Assembly (NCBI GenBank): GCA_040390725.1
Contig: JAZJXT010000001.1
Coordinates: 85,070-149,069, forward strand
Direction: 5' to 3'
Source of the DNA: Patescibacteria group bacterium
GTDB lineage: Bacteria > Patescibacteriota > Minisyncoccia > Phycocordibacterales > UBA9973
Length of the DNA stretch: 64,000 bases
Shown: in pieces, positions 11,608 through 21,029 of the stretch
Numbering within the stretch: position 1 is the first letter of the stretch
Layout: every line of letters begins with the position of its first letter
Notes under the pieces: model-generated
What the model saw: only the letters and a program-made list of their open reading frames with translations
Database searches by the model: none
What the model was told of the DNA's origin: nothing
Program-made: the position numbers and the translations under genes

Positions 11608-14596
11608 CGAAGAATACAGAAAACTAAATAAAGCACAAAAGGAAGCTGTGGATAGTATCGACGGGCCGGTGATGGTGGTAGCGGGGCCGGGTACTGGGAA
11701 GACGCAGATTTTGGCTTTGAGGATAGCAAATATTTTAGAAAAAGCTGGTGCACAAGCAGATGAAATTTTGTGTCTGACTTTTACGAATTCCGGGGTGAAG
11801 GCGATGAAAAAAAGATTGGCGGAATACATAGGCAGTGATTCCGAAAAAGTTCGTATTTCGACATTTCACAGTTTTGGCATAAATTTAATCGAAAAAAATT
11901 ACGAGAATTTGGGTTTTAAAAAATTACCGACGCTCCTTTCCGACGATGAAGCAGTATTTCTCGTGGATGATATTTTGCAAAATAATGATTGGGAACATTT
12001 GCGTCCACGAGCAAATCCGGTAATGTATTTTTCTGATTTAAAACATTTAATTTCTATTTTAAAAAGAGAAGGCTTAAGTCCGGAAGAATTTTTGTCATTT
12101 GTCGAGGCGGACATAGAAAATTTGAAAAATGATCCGGAAAATATTTCTTCGAGAGGCGAGACAAAAGGACAATTAAAAAAAGAAATTAAAACAAAAATAG
12201 AATCCCTCGAACGCACGCGTGAAGTTGTGGAATTTTACAGAATTTATGAAGAGAAAAAACTCGAAAATGGATTGATGGATTATGACGACATTTTGGCTTA
12301 TACTGTCCGGCTCGCAGGTGAGTTTGAAGATATCAGCGCCGACATAAAAGAAAATTATCAATATATTTTGGTGGACGAACATCAAGACTCGAGCGGTGTG
12401 CAAAATAATTTCTTGAAAGCTGTCTGGAAAGGCGAAGAGAAGCCGAATATTTTCGTAGTAGGGGATGACAGACAATTGATTTACGGTTTTTCTGGCGCTT
12501 CGATGTCGTATTTTGAAGAATTTGCGCATATTTTCGGTAAAGCAAAACAAATTACTCTTACTGAGAATTATCGCTCTACTCAAAATATTTTAGACTTGGC
12601 GGATGATTTGTTAAAGAGTTCTATTACCAATGAAAACTTAAAAAGCAATACAAAAGGTAAAGAAAAAATAAATTTAAATGAATATGATTATCCGCGTGAT
12701 GAAATATTGGGCGCAGGTTTGTATTTCAAGAATAAAATTGAAAAAAAAGAATTAAAAATGGAAGACTGCGCAATACTCGTGCCGAAGAATTATCACGTGC
12801 GAAATGCCATAGAAATACTGCACAATATGGGTGTGCCTGTTTCTGCTGGCAAGAATTTGTCATTATTTGATGTGTCGGAAACACAAAGCTTGTTACGAGT
12901 TTTGAATATTACAGCAAAGCCATATGACAGTATTCCTCTTTCGGAATCATTGCTTGATAAATACAGCGGTATAGGCGCTTTTTCTGCGCATAAATTTTTA
13001 AAATCCCTGAAACCGGATAAATTAAATATTGAAAACTTGATATCAGAAGGCAAAGACGGTGGGCTTTTTGCCGGAGAAAATGCAATTTCAAAATGGGGAA
13101 GTAAATTAAAAAATTGGATTGATACTTTATCCAATGAAAAACTTTCGGTAGTAGTCAGCACTATCGGCAATGAATTTTTAATTGATCAATCAAAAACTCA
13201 CGAAGAGTTGATACGCAACGTCGAAGTTGTGCGCAGTTTTATACATATAGCAATGCTTTTTGAGCAGAAAAATAAAAATAAAGGTTTAGTAGAATTTTTG
13301 GAATATTTCAGAAGGTTGGAAAGCTATGGTAGTCACATTTCACTTGCGACTTTTGGCGCAGAGAGCGGTGTGCAAGTTATGACTTTGCATAAATCAAAAG
13401 GGCTCGAATATAAAGCTGTTTGGATAGCGCATATGAATGAAGAAGTGATAATGTCCGAAAAGAAAAATGGTTTTACTTTGCCGGAAGAAGTTAAGAAGCG
13501 ACTCGCCGAGAAGGATATTGAATCAGTAAAAAGGGAGCTGTATGTGGCTATTACTCGCGCGAAAGAGTTTTGTAATATATCGTATTCTGCGGAGAATTAT
13601 ACCGGTGGAGAGATGGAGCTCGCACATATCATCCGCGAATTGCCGGAAAATCATTTTATAAAAAAGACACAAGAAGAAACAGAAAAAGAAATTTTAGCAC
13701 ACGGTCCGCAAATATACACGAAAGTTGTAAAAAATAAGGAAGGAAATATCTTGGAAGATATAAAAACTTTTGTACGAGAAAATTATTCGGATAGTAAAGT
13801 TTCCGTGTCATTGCTGAATAATTTTTTCGAATGTCCTTGGAAATGGTATTTTAGAAATTTTTTGAAATTACCGGAAGTGAAAAGTTCGTCACTAGGACTC
13901 GGCTCCGCAGTGCACAGCACGATAGAATTTATTTTGAAATCTGCCGAAGCAAGGCTTCGGCAGAAAGTTTCGCAAAAAGAAATTTATGAAAAGATACTAT
14001 TTGAGTTGGAAAAAGAAGGAGTTAGTAATGAAACAGAATTAAAGAAATTAGCAAAAGATGCGGAGAATGCAGTATTGTATTGGGTGGAGAATTATTATAA
14101 AACTTTGGCGAAAGATTATATGTCGGAAAGGTCATTGCAATTCCGTGATGCAAAATTCCCGGAGCTTTTGATGTATGGAAAATTGGACTTAACGGAGAGA
14201 TTGGAAAATGGCGATGTGGTTATCACTGATTTTAAAACCGGCAGTGTGAAAACAAAAAATACAATAGAAAAAATCGACGAAGAGGGTAGGCTTTCGACAT
14301 TGATGCGCCAGCTTGCGATGTATTCATACCTCGTCGCGGGCGCAGAGCGGGGCAGAGATGTGTATGCCTCCAAACTTCTTTTCCTTGAGGCAAAAAAGGA
14401 CGACAAAAACGCTTTGTATTCTACGCACATAGATATAGAACAAATAGATTTGTTGATAAAAGATATAAGGGATTATGACAATCTTCTAAAAATAGGTGAT
14501 TGGGTAAATAGACCTTGCAACTATAATTCGTATGGCAAAAATACCAAATGTGAGTATTGCAAAAGAGCTGAAATATATATGCACCAAAGTATTTAA
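11594..14596 (+). CDS. UvrD/PcrA-family helicase fused to a C-terminal PD-(D/E)xK (RecB/Cas4-like) iron-sulfur nuclease (AddA-like)
   Basis: Walker A (AGPGTGKT), DEHQD, VGDDRQLIYGF, NYRST and TLHKSKGLEY helicase motifs; C-terminal GKLDL...ITDFKTG nuclease motif; 4-Cys cluster (FECPW ... CNY..C..C). Confidence 0.85.
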   Translation: MQKFNEEYRKLNKAQKEAVDSIDGPVMVVAGPGTGKTQILALRIANILEKAGAQADEILCLTFTNSGVKAMKKRLAEYIGSDSEKVRISTFHSFGINLIEKNYENLGFKKLPTLLSDDEAVFLVDDILQNNDWEHLRPRANPVMYFSDLKHLISILKREGLSPEEFLSFVEADIENLKNDPENISSRGETKGQLKKEIKTKIESLERTREVVEFYRIYEEKKLENGLMDYDDILAYTVRLAGEFEDISADIKENYQYILVDEHQDSSGVQNNFLKAVWKGEEKPNIFVVGDDRQLIYGFSGASMSYFEEFAHIFGKAKQITLTENYRSTQNILDLADDLLKSSITNENLKSNTKGKEKINLNEYDYPRDEILGAGLYFKNKIEKKELKMEDCAILVPKNYHVRNAIEILHNMGVPVSAGKNLSLFDVSETQSLLRVLNITAKPYDSIPLSESLLDKYSGIGAFSAHKFLKSLKPDKLNIENLISEGKDGGLFAGENAISKWGSKLKNWIDTLSNEKLSVVVSTIGNEFLIDQSKTHEELIRNVEVVRSFIHIAMLFEQKNKNKGLVEFLEYFRRLESYGSHISLATFGAESGVQVMTLHKSKGLEYKAVWIAHMNEEVIMSEKKNGFTLPEEVKKRLAEKDIESVKRELYVAITRAKEFCNISYSAENYTGGEMELAHIIRELPENHFIKKTQEETEKEILAHGPQIYTKVVKNKEGNILEDIKTFVRENYSDSKVSVSLLNNFFECPWKWYFRNFLKLPEVKSSSLGLGSAVHSTIEFILKSAEARLRQKVSQKEIYEKILFELEKEGVSNETELKKLAKDAENAVLYWVENYYKTLAKDYMSERSLQFRDAKFPELLMYGKLDLTERLENGDVVITDFKTGSVKTKNTIEKIDEEGRLSTLMRQLAMYSYLVAGAERGRDVYASKLLFLEAKKDDKNALYSTHIDIEQIDLLIKDIRDYDNLLKIGDWVNRPCNYNSYGKNTKCEYCKRAEIYMHQSI

Positions 14597-14626
14597 TTGC
14601 GCGTATAATATGTTACGATTACTAAA

Positions 14627-15835
14627 ATGAATACAGCAGACATATTACATGAAACATATTCATCACTTTCCGCAAACAAAGCGCGGTCGGGCTTGACGAT
14701 GCTCGGCATTGTTATAGGCATTGCTTCAGTTATCGCGATGGTGTCTATTGGTAACGGCGCCAAGGAATCTATTCAGTCCAGTATCGAAGGACTCGGTTCG
14801 AATTTGCTGACTATTTTACCCGGCATTGTCCAGCCTGGACGAGGGATAGTTTCATCAGGGCGAGGCACGGCGCAAACTTTAAAAAATGAAGATATTGATG
14901 TTATAAAAAACCTTGATGGAGTGGCGGCAGTTTCACCGGAAGTTTCCCGTCGTTTCCAGGTAGTGGCTTCGGGCAACAATACAAACACAACCATCACTGG
15001 AGCAACAGCGGATTATGTAACAGTGCATAATATAAGTATAGAAAATGGGGATTTTATTTCTGAAGCGAATCAAAGAAGTCTCGGCAGGCAAGCAGTCTTG
15101 GGCGCTACTGTTGCTACTGACTTATTTCCAGATCAAGATCCGTTAGGGAAAACTGTCAGAATAAATAAAGTAAATTTTAATGTGATAGGAGTTTTGACTG
15201 CAAAGGGCGGGGCTGGATTTTCCGGGCCGGATGATATGATTTTTGTTCCGCTTTCCACAATGCAGAAGATTTTATCCGGTGTTGATTATCTTTCTACTCT
15301 TTCTGTTTCAGTAGCTAATAAAGATCAAATGGCAGAAGTAAAAGACGCTGCTACGAATGCATTGCTCGATAAGCACAATGTTTCTGAGGCTGATTTTTCA
15401 ATAATTTCCCAAGAAGATATTTTAGGTACCTTATCCACTGTTATAAATACTTTTACAATTTTTCTTGCTTCGATTGCTTCTATTTCACTGCTCGTTGGTG
15501 GAATTGGAATTATGAATATGATGCTTACGACTGTGACTGAACGTACAAAAGAAATTGGCTTACGTAAAGCTATTGGTGCAAAAAGGCAAGACATCAGTAC
15601 TCAGTTTTTATCAGAAGCTGTAGCTTTAACATTTGTAGGTGGAGCTGTGGGCGTAGCATTGGGTTGGCTTATATCATTTGCTGTGACGTCGGCTGGTATT
15701 TTACAGACGCAAGTTTCTTTTTCTTCCGTGCTTTTGGCTTTCGGAGTTTCAGCAGGTATCGGTATTATTTTTGGATATTATCCCGCGCGTCGAGCGGCAA
15801 TGTTAAATCCGATTGATGCTTTGAGGTATGAATAA
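14627..15835 (+). CDS. ABC transporter permease, MacB/FtsX family (no ATPase adjacent)
   Basis: N-terminal TM; large periplasmic MacB-type domain; C-terminal FtsX-like 3-TM bundle; 402 aa. Confidence 0.75.
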   Translation: MNTADILHETYSSLSANKARSGLTMLGIVIGIASVIAMVSIGNGAKESIQSSIEGLGSNLLTILPGIVQPGRGIVSSGRGTAQTLKNEDIDVIKNLDGVAAVSPEVSRRFQVVASGNNTNTTITGATADYVTVHNISIENGDFISEANQRSLGRQAVLGATVATDLFPDQDPLGKTVRINKVNFNVIGVLTAKGGAGFSGPDDMIFVPLSTMQKILSGVDYLSTLSVSVANKDQMAEVKDAATNALLDKHNVSEADFSIISQEDILGTLSTVINTFTIFLASIASISLLVGGIGIMNMMLTTVTERTKEIGLRKAIGAKRQDISTQFLSEAVALTFVGGAVGVALGWLISFAVTSAGILQTQVSFSSVLLAFGVSAGIGIIFGYYPARRAAMLNPIDALRYE

Positions 15836-15855
15836 ATTATAAATAAAAAAAATAT

Positions 15856-16302
15856 ATGAATAAAGAAAATAAAAATAAAAAAATAGTTGGCTTGGTTTTG
15901 TGTGCTGTGATTTTAGCAGTTGTTTCTTTTTATGCAGGCATGAGATATGGTGGAAATAATGTTCAGGCTGCTATAAATAGCAGGGGTCAAAATTTTGGAC
16001 AATATGGAGGGATGAACGGTGGAATGAATGGGGGAATGCGAGGCATGCGCAGTGGCGGTGGCTTTGTAAATGGTGAAATTCTCTCGAAAGATGCGCAAAG
16101 TATTACTGTAAAAACTCAAGATGGCGGTTCTAAAATAGTTTTTTATACAGACAAAACTACAGTCATGAAGACAGTAGAAGGGGCGGTTTCTGATTTGGTT
16201 GTAGGTGTTAAAGTTGCTATAATAGGTGTAGCGAACTCTGACGGTAGTGTAAATGCAAATTCAGTGCAGATTCGAAACAGCCAGCAGGCAAGCAGTCAAT
16301 AA
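15856..16302 (+). CDS. secreted/anchored protein with Gly-Met repeat (GGMNGGMNGGMRGMRSGGG) and a DUF5666-like beta domain
   Basis: N-terminal TM/signal, low-complexity GGMNGG repeat, then a beta-rich domain resembling the repeats in the 17805-18740 protein. Confidence 0.5.
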   Translation: MNKENKNKKIVGLVLCAVILAVVSFYAGMRYGGNNVQAAINSRGQNFGQYGGMNGGMNGGMRGMRSGGGFVNGEILSKDAQSITVKTQDGGSKIVFYTDKTTVMKTVEGAVSDLVVGVKVAIIGVANSDGSVNANSVQIRNSQQASSQ

Positions 16303-16305
16303 TAA

Positions 16306-16701
16306 ATGGAAGAAAAAGAACAAAAAAAATGGCGAGAAGCAAAAGCACATAAGCGACTTTTAAATGCATTTAGGGGCTTGTATGTTTTTGTTGCCAGGGA
16401 GGAGCATTGGTTTTTGCCGGCATCTATTTTTTTACTTATTTTAGTTATTATTGGGTCAGGTATTTATTTTAGAATTTCAGAGTTTGAATGGATTTCTCTT
16501 GTTATTGTTATTGGTTTTCTTATTGTTACTGAAGTATTTAATACTGCTATTGAAATAGATATAGATTTAACTTCTCCTGAGTATCATCCATACGCACGCG
16601 ACACCAAAGATGTAGCTGCCGGAGCAGTGGCGTTCGCTGGAATAGTTGCTTTAATTGTTGTATTTATTATCTTCTTGCCGAAGATTTTAAGTTTGCTTTA
16701 A
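16306..16701 (+). CDS. dgkA: diacylglycerol kinase / undecaprenol kinase (DgkA family)
   Basis: 3 TM; conserved EVFNTAIE...SPEYHPYARDTKDVAAGAV matches the DgkA signature (EILNSAIE...SEYHELSGRAKDMGSAAV in E. coli). Confidence 0.85.
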   Translation: MEEKEQKKWREAKAHKRLLNAFRGLYVFVAREEHWFLPASIFLLILVIIGSGIYFRISEFEWISLVIVIGFLIVTEVFNTAIEIDIDLTSPEYHPYARDTKDVAAGAVAFAGIVALIVVFIIFLPKILSLL

Positions 16702-16726
16702 AATTATAAATTGTTAGTATTAAATT

Positions 16727-17110
16727 ATGAAACAAACAACAATATTTTTTAGTGTGATAATAGTTTTGATTTTAGGCAGTATTATGACCTTTTTGGTAAA
16801 TAATAAGCAGGATAATACACTCAGTAGGTATGATACTTTTGCTCAATGTTTAAAGGATAAAGGTGCCACTTTTTATGGAGCTTTTTGGTGTCCGCATTGT
16901 AAGGCTGAGAAAAAACTTTTTGGAACTTCTGTACATCTTTTGCCTTATGTTGAATGTTCCACTTCAAATGGCAGTGCTCAGACTCAAATTTGCATAGATA
17001 AAAAAATAACAGGTTATCCGACTTGGGAATTTATTGATGGATCACGTCTGACGGGAGAAGTAGCCCTCGACAAGCTTGCTGACAAAACGCAATGCATTTT
17101 ACCTCAGTAA
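16727..17110 (+). CDS. secreted thioredoxin-fold thiol:disulfide oxidoreductase (DsbA/BdbD-like)
   Basis: Signal/TM followed by FWCPHCKAEKKLF (CxxC); adjacent to a DsbB-like gene. Confidence 0.65.
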   Translation: MKQTTIFFSVIIVLILGSIMTFLVNNKQDNTLSRYDTFAQCLKDKGATFYGAFWCPHCKAEKKLFGTSVHLLPYVECSTSNGSAQTQICIDKKITGYPTWEFIDGSRLTGEVALDKLADKTQCILPQ

Positions 17111-17116
17111 AAAATT

Positions 17117-17662
17117 ATGAATCTCGACAATGTGCATTACTTGAATATGTTTCTAGGAATGGGCGCAATTGTCTTGCAAATTTTTGCAGTTGTTTCTTTA
17201 CTTATTTTATTTTTTGGTCCAAAGAAAAATTCTTTTTTTGATTATCTTGAGAAACATTTTTTAGCTATTTGTTTTTTAATTTCTCTGATAGCTACATTTT
17301 TTTCTTTGGTTTATTCTGAGATAGTGCATTTTGCGCCTTGTTATTTGTGTTGGTATCAAAGGATTTTTCTTTTCCCACAAGTTATTCTTTTTGGCATAGC
17401 ATTCTGGGATAAAGATAAAAAAGTCATTAGATATTCTTTGCCTCTTTTGTGTATTGGTTTTGTTTTTTCTATTTATCAAAATTTAATGTATTATTTCGGA
17501 GAAACTGGCTCTGTGCCTTGTGATTCTTCGGGTGTATCTTGTTACCAACAATTAATTTCTGAATTTGGCGGATACATTTCATTCCCAATGCTTTCTTTGA
17601 CTGCATATTTTACTATTCTTGTTTTGATTCTAATAGTGCATTTTAGACAGAAAAGTAGATAA
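17117..17662 (+). CDS. disulfide bond formation protein B (DsbB/BdbC family)
   Basis: 4 TM; first loop CYLCWYQR (DsbB CxxC-QR signature); second Cys pair CDSSGVSC. Confidence 0.75.
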   Translation: MNLDNVHYLNMFLGMGAIVLQIFAVVSLLILFFGPKKNSFFDYLEKHFLAICFLISLIATFFSLVYSEIVHFAPCYLCWYQRIFLFPQVILFGIAFWDKDKKVIRYSLPLLCIGFVFSIYQNLMYYFGETGSVPCDSSGVSCYQQLISEFGGYISFPMLSLTAYFTILVLILIVHFRQKSR

Positions 17663-17804
17663 TATTTTCCAATATTTAAGGGACTTTATGTAGTTTTCCA
17701 CTTTTTTTCCACTTAGGGTCTTTTGTGTTTTTTAATATAGTGATAAAATTATTATATGGGGTCGAAACCTATATTAAAAATTATTATTAATTATTAAAAA
17801 TATT

Positions 17805-18740
17805 ATGAATTTTAAAAAGTTATCTTATGTTCTTGCGTTTGTTTTGATGTTTTCATGCTTGGCTTTTGTCGGTTCAGTAAAAGCTGATAATGAAAATAAT
17901 AATGGTAATGAGGATAGTATGAAGCATGCCAAAGAAGCCCATGATAACGGTTCTACTTTGGAGGTGCATATTTATGACAATGGCAAAGTTTTGGTTCGTG
18001 GAGCAAAAGTCACTGGTGTTTCTGGTACTGTTGTTTCTGCGTACACGACTTGGGGTTCTGTCACTTTGAATTGGGCGGTGAATGCTGGCACTGGTTCAAA
18101 AGTTATCAGAAAATACGGGGGAGTTTCTTCAGTATCTGAAGTATCTGTAGGAGACTTTATCAGTTTTCATGGAGATTTGGTAACGACAGCAGGAACACCT
18201 TTGACAGTGAATGCTGACACGATGAAGGACTGGTCTATTCAAAAGAAGGGCGCTTCTTTGAATGGTATGGTTAAGAGTGTTGATGCTGTAGGTATGAAAT
18301 TTGTTTTATCTAATGAAGATAGGGCTGATGTAACTGTGATGGTGACATCTTCTACTAAGATCATGAAGGGTGATATGGTAGGAACTTTTGCTGATATTGT
18401 TGTGGGTGCGAAAGTTTCCGCTCGAGGAGTGTTAAATACTTTGACCAATACTCTTACAGCAGATTTGGTAAAAGTAAATGTGCCAAAAATGGAACGCACT
18501 GTAATGGGAGGGACCATAAAATCTCTTTCTGTAACTGCTTCTCCAATGACTTTGGTGATGACATCAGGAGATAAAGATTACACAGTTAATTTTGCATCTG
18601 ATACTTCTGTCTTGAATGCTCTTTGGCTTCGTGTAGGTCTTTCTACTTTGCGAGTCGGGGATTCTGTTCAAGTTTACGGTATGTTCAATATAAACATGAC
18701 TGTTGACGCGACAGTAGTCAGAGATACAAGTCTTAAGTAA
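17805..18740 (+). CDS. secreted protein with three DUF5666-like beta-domain repeats
   Basis: Signal peptide; three units of about 70 aa with a recurring G.V.S....V......V.V....T.I......L.DL.VGD.V pattern. Confidence 0.5.
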   Translation: MNFKKLSYVLAFVLMFSCLAFVGSVKADNENNNGNEDSMKHAKEAHDNGSTLEVHIYDNGKVLVRGAKVTGVSGTVVSAYTTWGSVTLNWAVNAGTGSKVIRKYGGVSSVSEVSVGDFISFHGDLVTTAGTPLTVNADTMKDWSIQKKGASLNGMVKSVDAVGMKFVLSNEDRADVTVMVTSSTKIMKGDMVGTFADIVVGAKVSARGVLNTLTNTLTADLVKVNVPKMERTVMGGTIKSLSVTASPMTLVMTSGDKDYTVNFASDTSVLNALWLRVGLSTLRVGDSVQVYGMFNINMTVDATVVRDTSLK

Positions 18741-18761
18741 AATGATTTAAGCATTTTATAA

Positions 18762-18792
18762 AAACAGCCTCCACTTGGGGGCTGTTTTTATT
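18762..18792 (+). terminator. rho-independent terminator
   Basis: acagcctcc-acttg-ggggctgt hairpin followed by tttttatttg. Confidence 0.7.
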
Positions 18793-18809
18793 TGTGTTAT
18801 AATTAACTT

Positions 18810-19343
18810 ATGGAATCAGAACCATTAGACAGTTTATTGCTTTCAAGCAATCTCCAAATGGAGGAAGGTAGTAAAAATAAATCGACAGAATATTACCTTG
18901 AACAATACAGGGTCTATCTTCATATTTTTAATGATACTAATGACCGCAGACAAAAAGCAAATGAATTTTTTCTAGGATTAAATACAGCTATCATGGGTGT
19001 ATTGGGATATTTGGAGGCAAAAGAAGCGCCACATAACTCAATAATTTTTGCCCTAGTTCCATTTGTCGGTGCTGGCATTTGTTCTTGTTGGTACAGTATT
19101 ATTCATTCTTTTAAGCAATTAAATCGAGCGAAATTTAAAGTTATTCACATGCTTGAGAGTAAATTACCTGCTCAGCCATTTGCAAAAGAGTGGGAAATTC
19201 TTGGTCAAGAAAAAAATAGAAAGAAATATCATCCGATATCAAAACTTGAAAAACACATTCCAATTATTTTCACTTTATTGTATGTTATTTTTATTCTTTC
19301 CGGCGTGCCTTGGAAAGAAATCTACCATTTATTGCTGAAATAG
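18810..19343 (+). CDS. hypothetical 3-TM membrane protein, possibly SLATT/DUF4231-like
   Basis: Soluble N-terminus (YYLEQYRVYLHIF..RRQKANEFF), two close TM helices, a soluble segment, then a C-terminal TM; no catalytic motif. Confidence 0.4.
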   Translation: MESEPLDSLLLSSNLQMEEGSKNKSTEYYLEQYRVYLHIFNDTNDRRQKANEFFLGLNTAIMGVLGYLEAKEAPHNSIIFALVPFVGAGICSCWYSIIHSFKQLNRAKFKVIHMLESKLPAQPFAKEWEILGQEKNRKKYHPISKLEKHIPIIFTLLYVIFILSGVPWKEIYHLLLK

Positions 19344-19364
19344 TTTTTATGCTATAATGTCCGG

Positions 19365-20897
19365 ATGGAAACAGGTAGAACTAAAATACTTATCTTAGAC
19401 CTTGGTTCGCAATATACCCAAGTAATACGACGTTCTTTGCGTTATTTAGGCTTTCATTCGACTGTTATTGCACCTGAAAAAGCATTGGAATGGGCGCAAA
19501 TGAATAAACCAAAGGGGATAATCCTTTCGGGTGGTAGTGCTAGTGTTTATGATAATGATGCGCCGAAAATACCAAAAGAATTGCTTGATTTAGGTGTGCC
19601 GGTTTTGGGTATTTGTTTTGGTATGCAGTGGATGGCTTATGTGAATGATGGTACTGCAGTGCAGAAAGTCTTGGAAGGAAAGTCATATGGACCAGTAGAA
19701 GTTGCTTTAGGGAAAAGTAAACTTTTTTCAGGATTAAAAGAAAATTTAAATGCATGGTCTAGTCATGGTGATTCTGTAAAGCATGCACCGGAAGGCTGGG
19801 TGATAACTGCGACTTCAAAAAATGGTACCGTGAATGAAGCGATGGAAAATGTCGCAAAGAATTATTATGCAGTGCAATTTCATCCGGAAGTAGAACAAAC
19901 AGAAGATGAAAATATTATTTTAAATAATTTTATGCAAGTTTGTAATTGTGTTCAAGATTATTCCAAAAAAGACGCTATCGAAGAAATTAGAGAAAATACT
20001 AAAAAAGTTTTAGGTGACGGCACAGCTATCATCGGTGTATCCGGCGGAGTGGATTCTACCGCATTGGCTGCGATACTTGCGCCGGCTCTCGGTGATAAGT
20101 TAAAAGCATTTTTAATAGATACTGGTGGGATGCGCAAAGGAGAAATAGAGAAAGTAAAAGAAATGACTAAAAAAGCCGGTATAACTTTGGAAGTTATAGA
20201 AAAATATAAAGAAAAATTTGTACAAAAAATAAGCGAGACTATAGACGCCGAAGAGAAACGAGCGCGTTTCAGGGAAGTGTATGGAGAAGTTTTCAAAGAT
20301 GTTGCGCATTCATACGGAGCGACGCATATGATACAAGGGACCCTCGCTACGGATTTGATAGAGTCAGGTAGTATGGGGAATTCCGCTTTGATAAAAACTC
20401 ATCACAATGTTAATCTGGATTTGGGGCTTACTGAAATAATGCCCTTGTCGGATTATTTTAAATTTGAAATTCGCGCATTTGCGCACGAGTTCGGCCTTGA
20501 TGAACTAGTATCAAAACGTCAGCCATTTCCAGGACCCGGTTTATATTTGCGTGTTGTGGGTGTGCCCGTCACGGAAGAACTCTTGGAAGTTGTCCGCGAA
20601 GCGGATTATGCTGTGGCGGAAATTTTGAAAAAACACGGAGTGTATGAAAAAATAGCACAGACTATTGTTGCTCTACTCGGTGTGAAAACTGTTGGTGTGA
20701 AAGGGGATGGCAGAGTTTATGGATATTCATTAGTTATTCGTACTGTAGAAACTACAGACTTTATGACAGTCAAAGGTTATTATTTATCACCTGAAGTTTG
20801 TGAAGAAATAACCAGCGCCCTCATCAAGCATCCGCAAATAGTCCGCGTCCTTTACGATTGGACTTCTAAACCTCCAGCTACGACAGAATTTGAGTAA
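19365..20897 (+). CDS. guaA: GMP synthase (glutamine-hydrolysing)
   Basis: Class I GATase domain (GICFGMQ, HPE); PP-loop SGGVDSTA; C-terminal dimerisation domain; 510 aa. Confidence 0.95.
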   Translation: METGRTKILILDLGSQYTQVIRRSLRYLGFHSTVIAPEKALEWAQMNKPKGIILSGGSASVYDNDAPKIPKELLDLGVPVLGICFGMQWMAYVNDGTAVQKVLEGKSYGPVEVALGKSKLFSGLKENLNAWSSHGDSVKHAPEGWVITATSKNGTVNEAMENVAKNYYAVQFHPEVEQTEDENIILNNFMQVCNCVQDYSKKDAIEEIRENTKKVLGDGTAIIGVSGGVDSTALAAILAPALGDKLKAFLIDTGGMRKGEIEKVKEMTKKAGITLEVIEKYKEKFVQKISETIDAEEKRARFREVYGEVFKDVAHSYGATHMIQGTLATDLIESGSMGNSALIKTHHNVNLDLGLTEIMPLSDYFKFEIRAFAHEFGLDELVSKRQPFPGPGLYLRVVGVPVTEELLEVVREADYAVAEILKKHGVYEKIAQTIVALLGVKTVGVKGDGRVYGYSLVIRTVETTDFMTVKGYYLSPEVCEEITSALIKHPQIVRVLYDWTSKPPATTEFE

Positions 20898-21029
20898 CTG
20901 AAAGGTAATGCTTGATTTTTGTGCTTTTTATGCTATTCTATTTTAGAAGGTAAGAAACCGCCCCTTTTTTACTTAATGTAGAAAAAATCGGCTCAATAGT
21001 TCGTTTAAATTTTTAAAGGAAAACAAATC

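Noticed and set aside
19153-19338. 61-aa ORF nested in a different frame within the 18810-19343 gene
   Set aside because: Same strand, alternative frame, fully embedded, no independent signals; the longer ORF has coherent TM topology.
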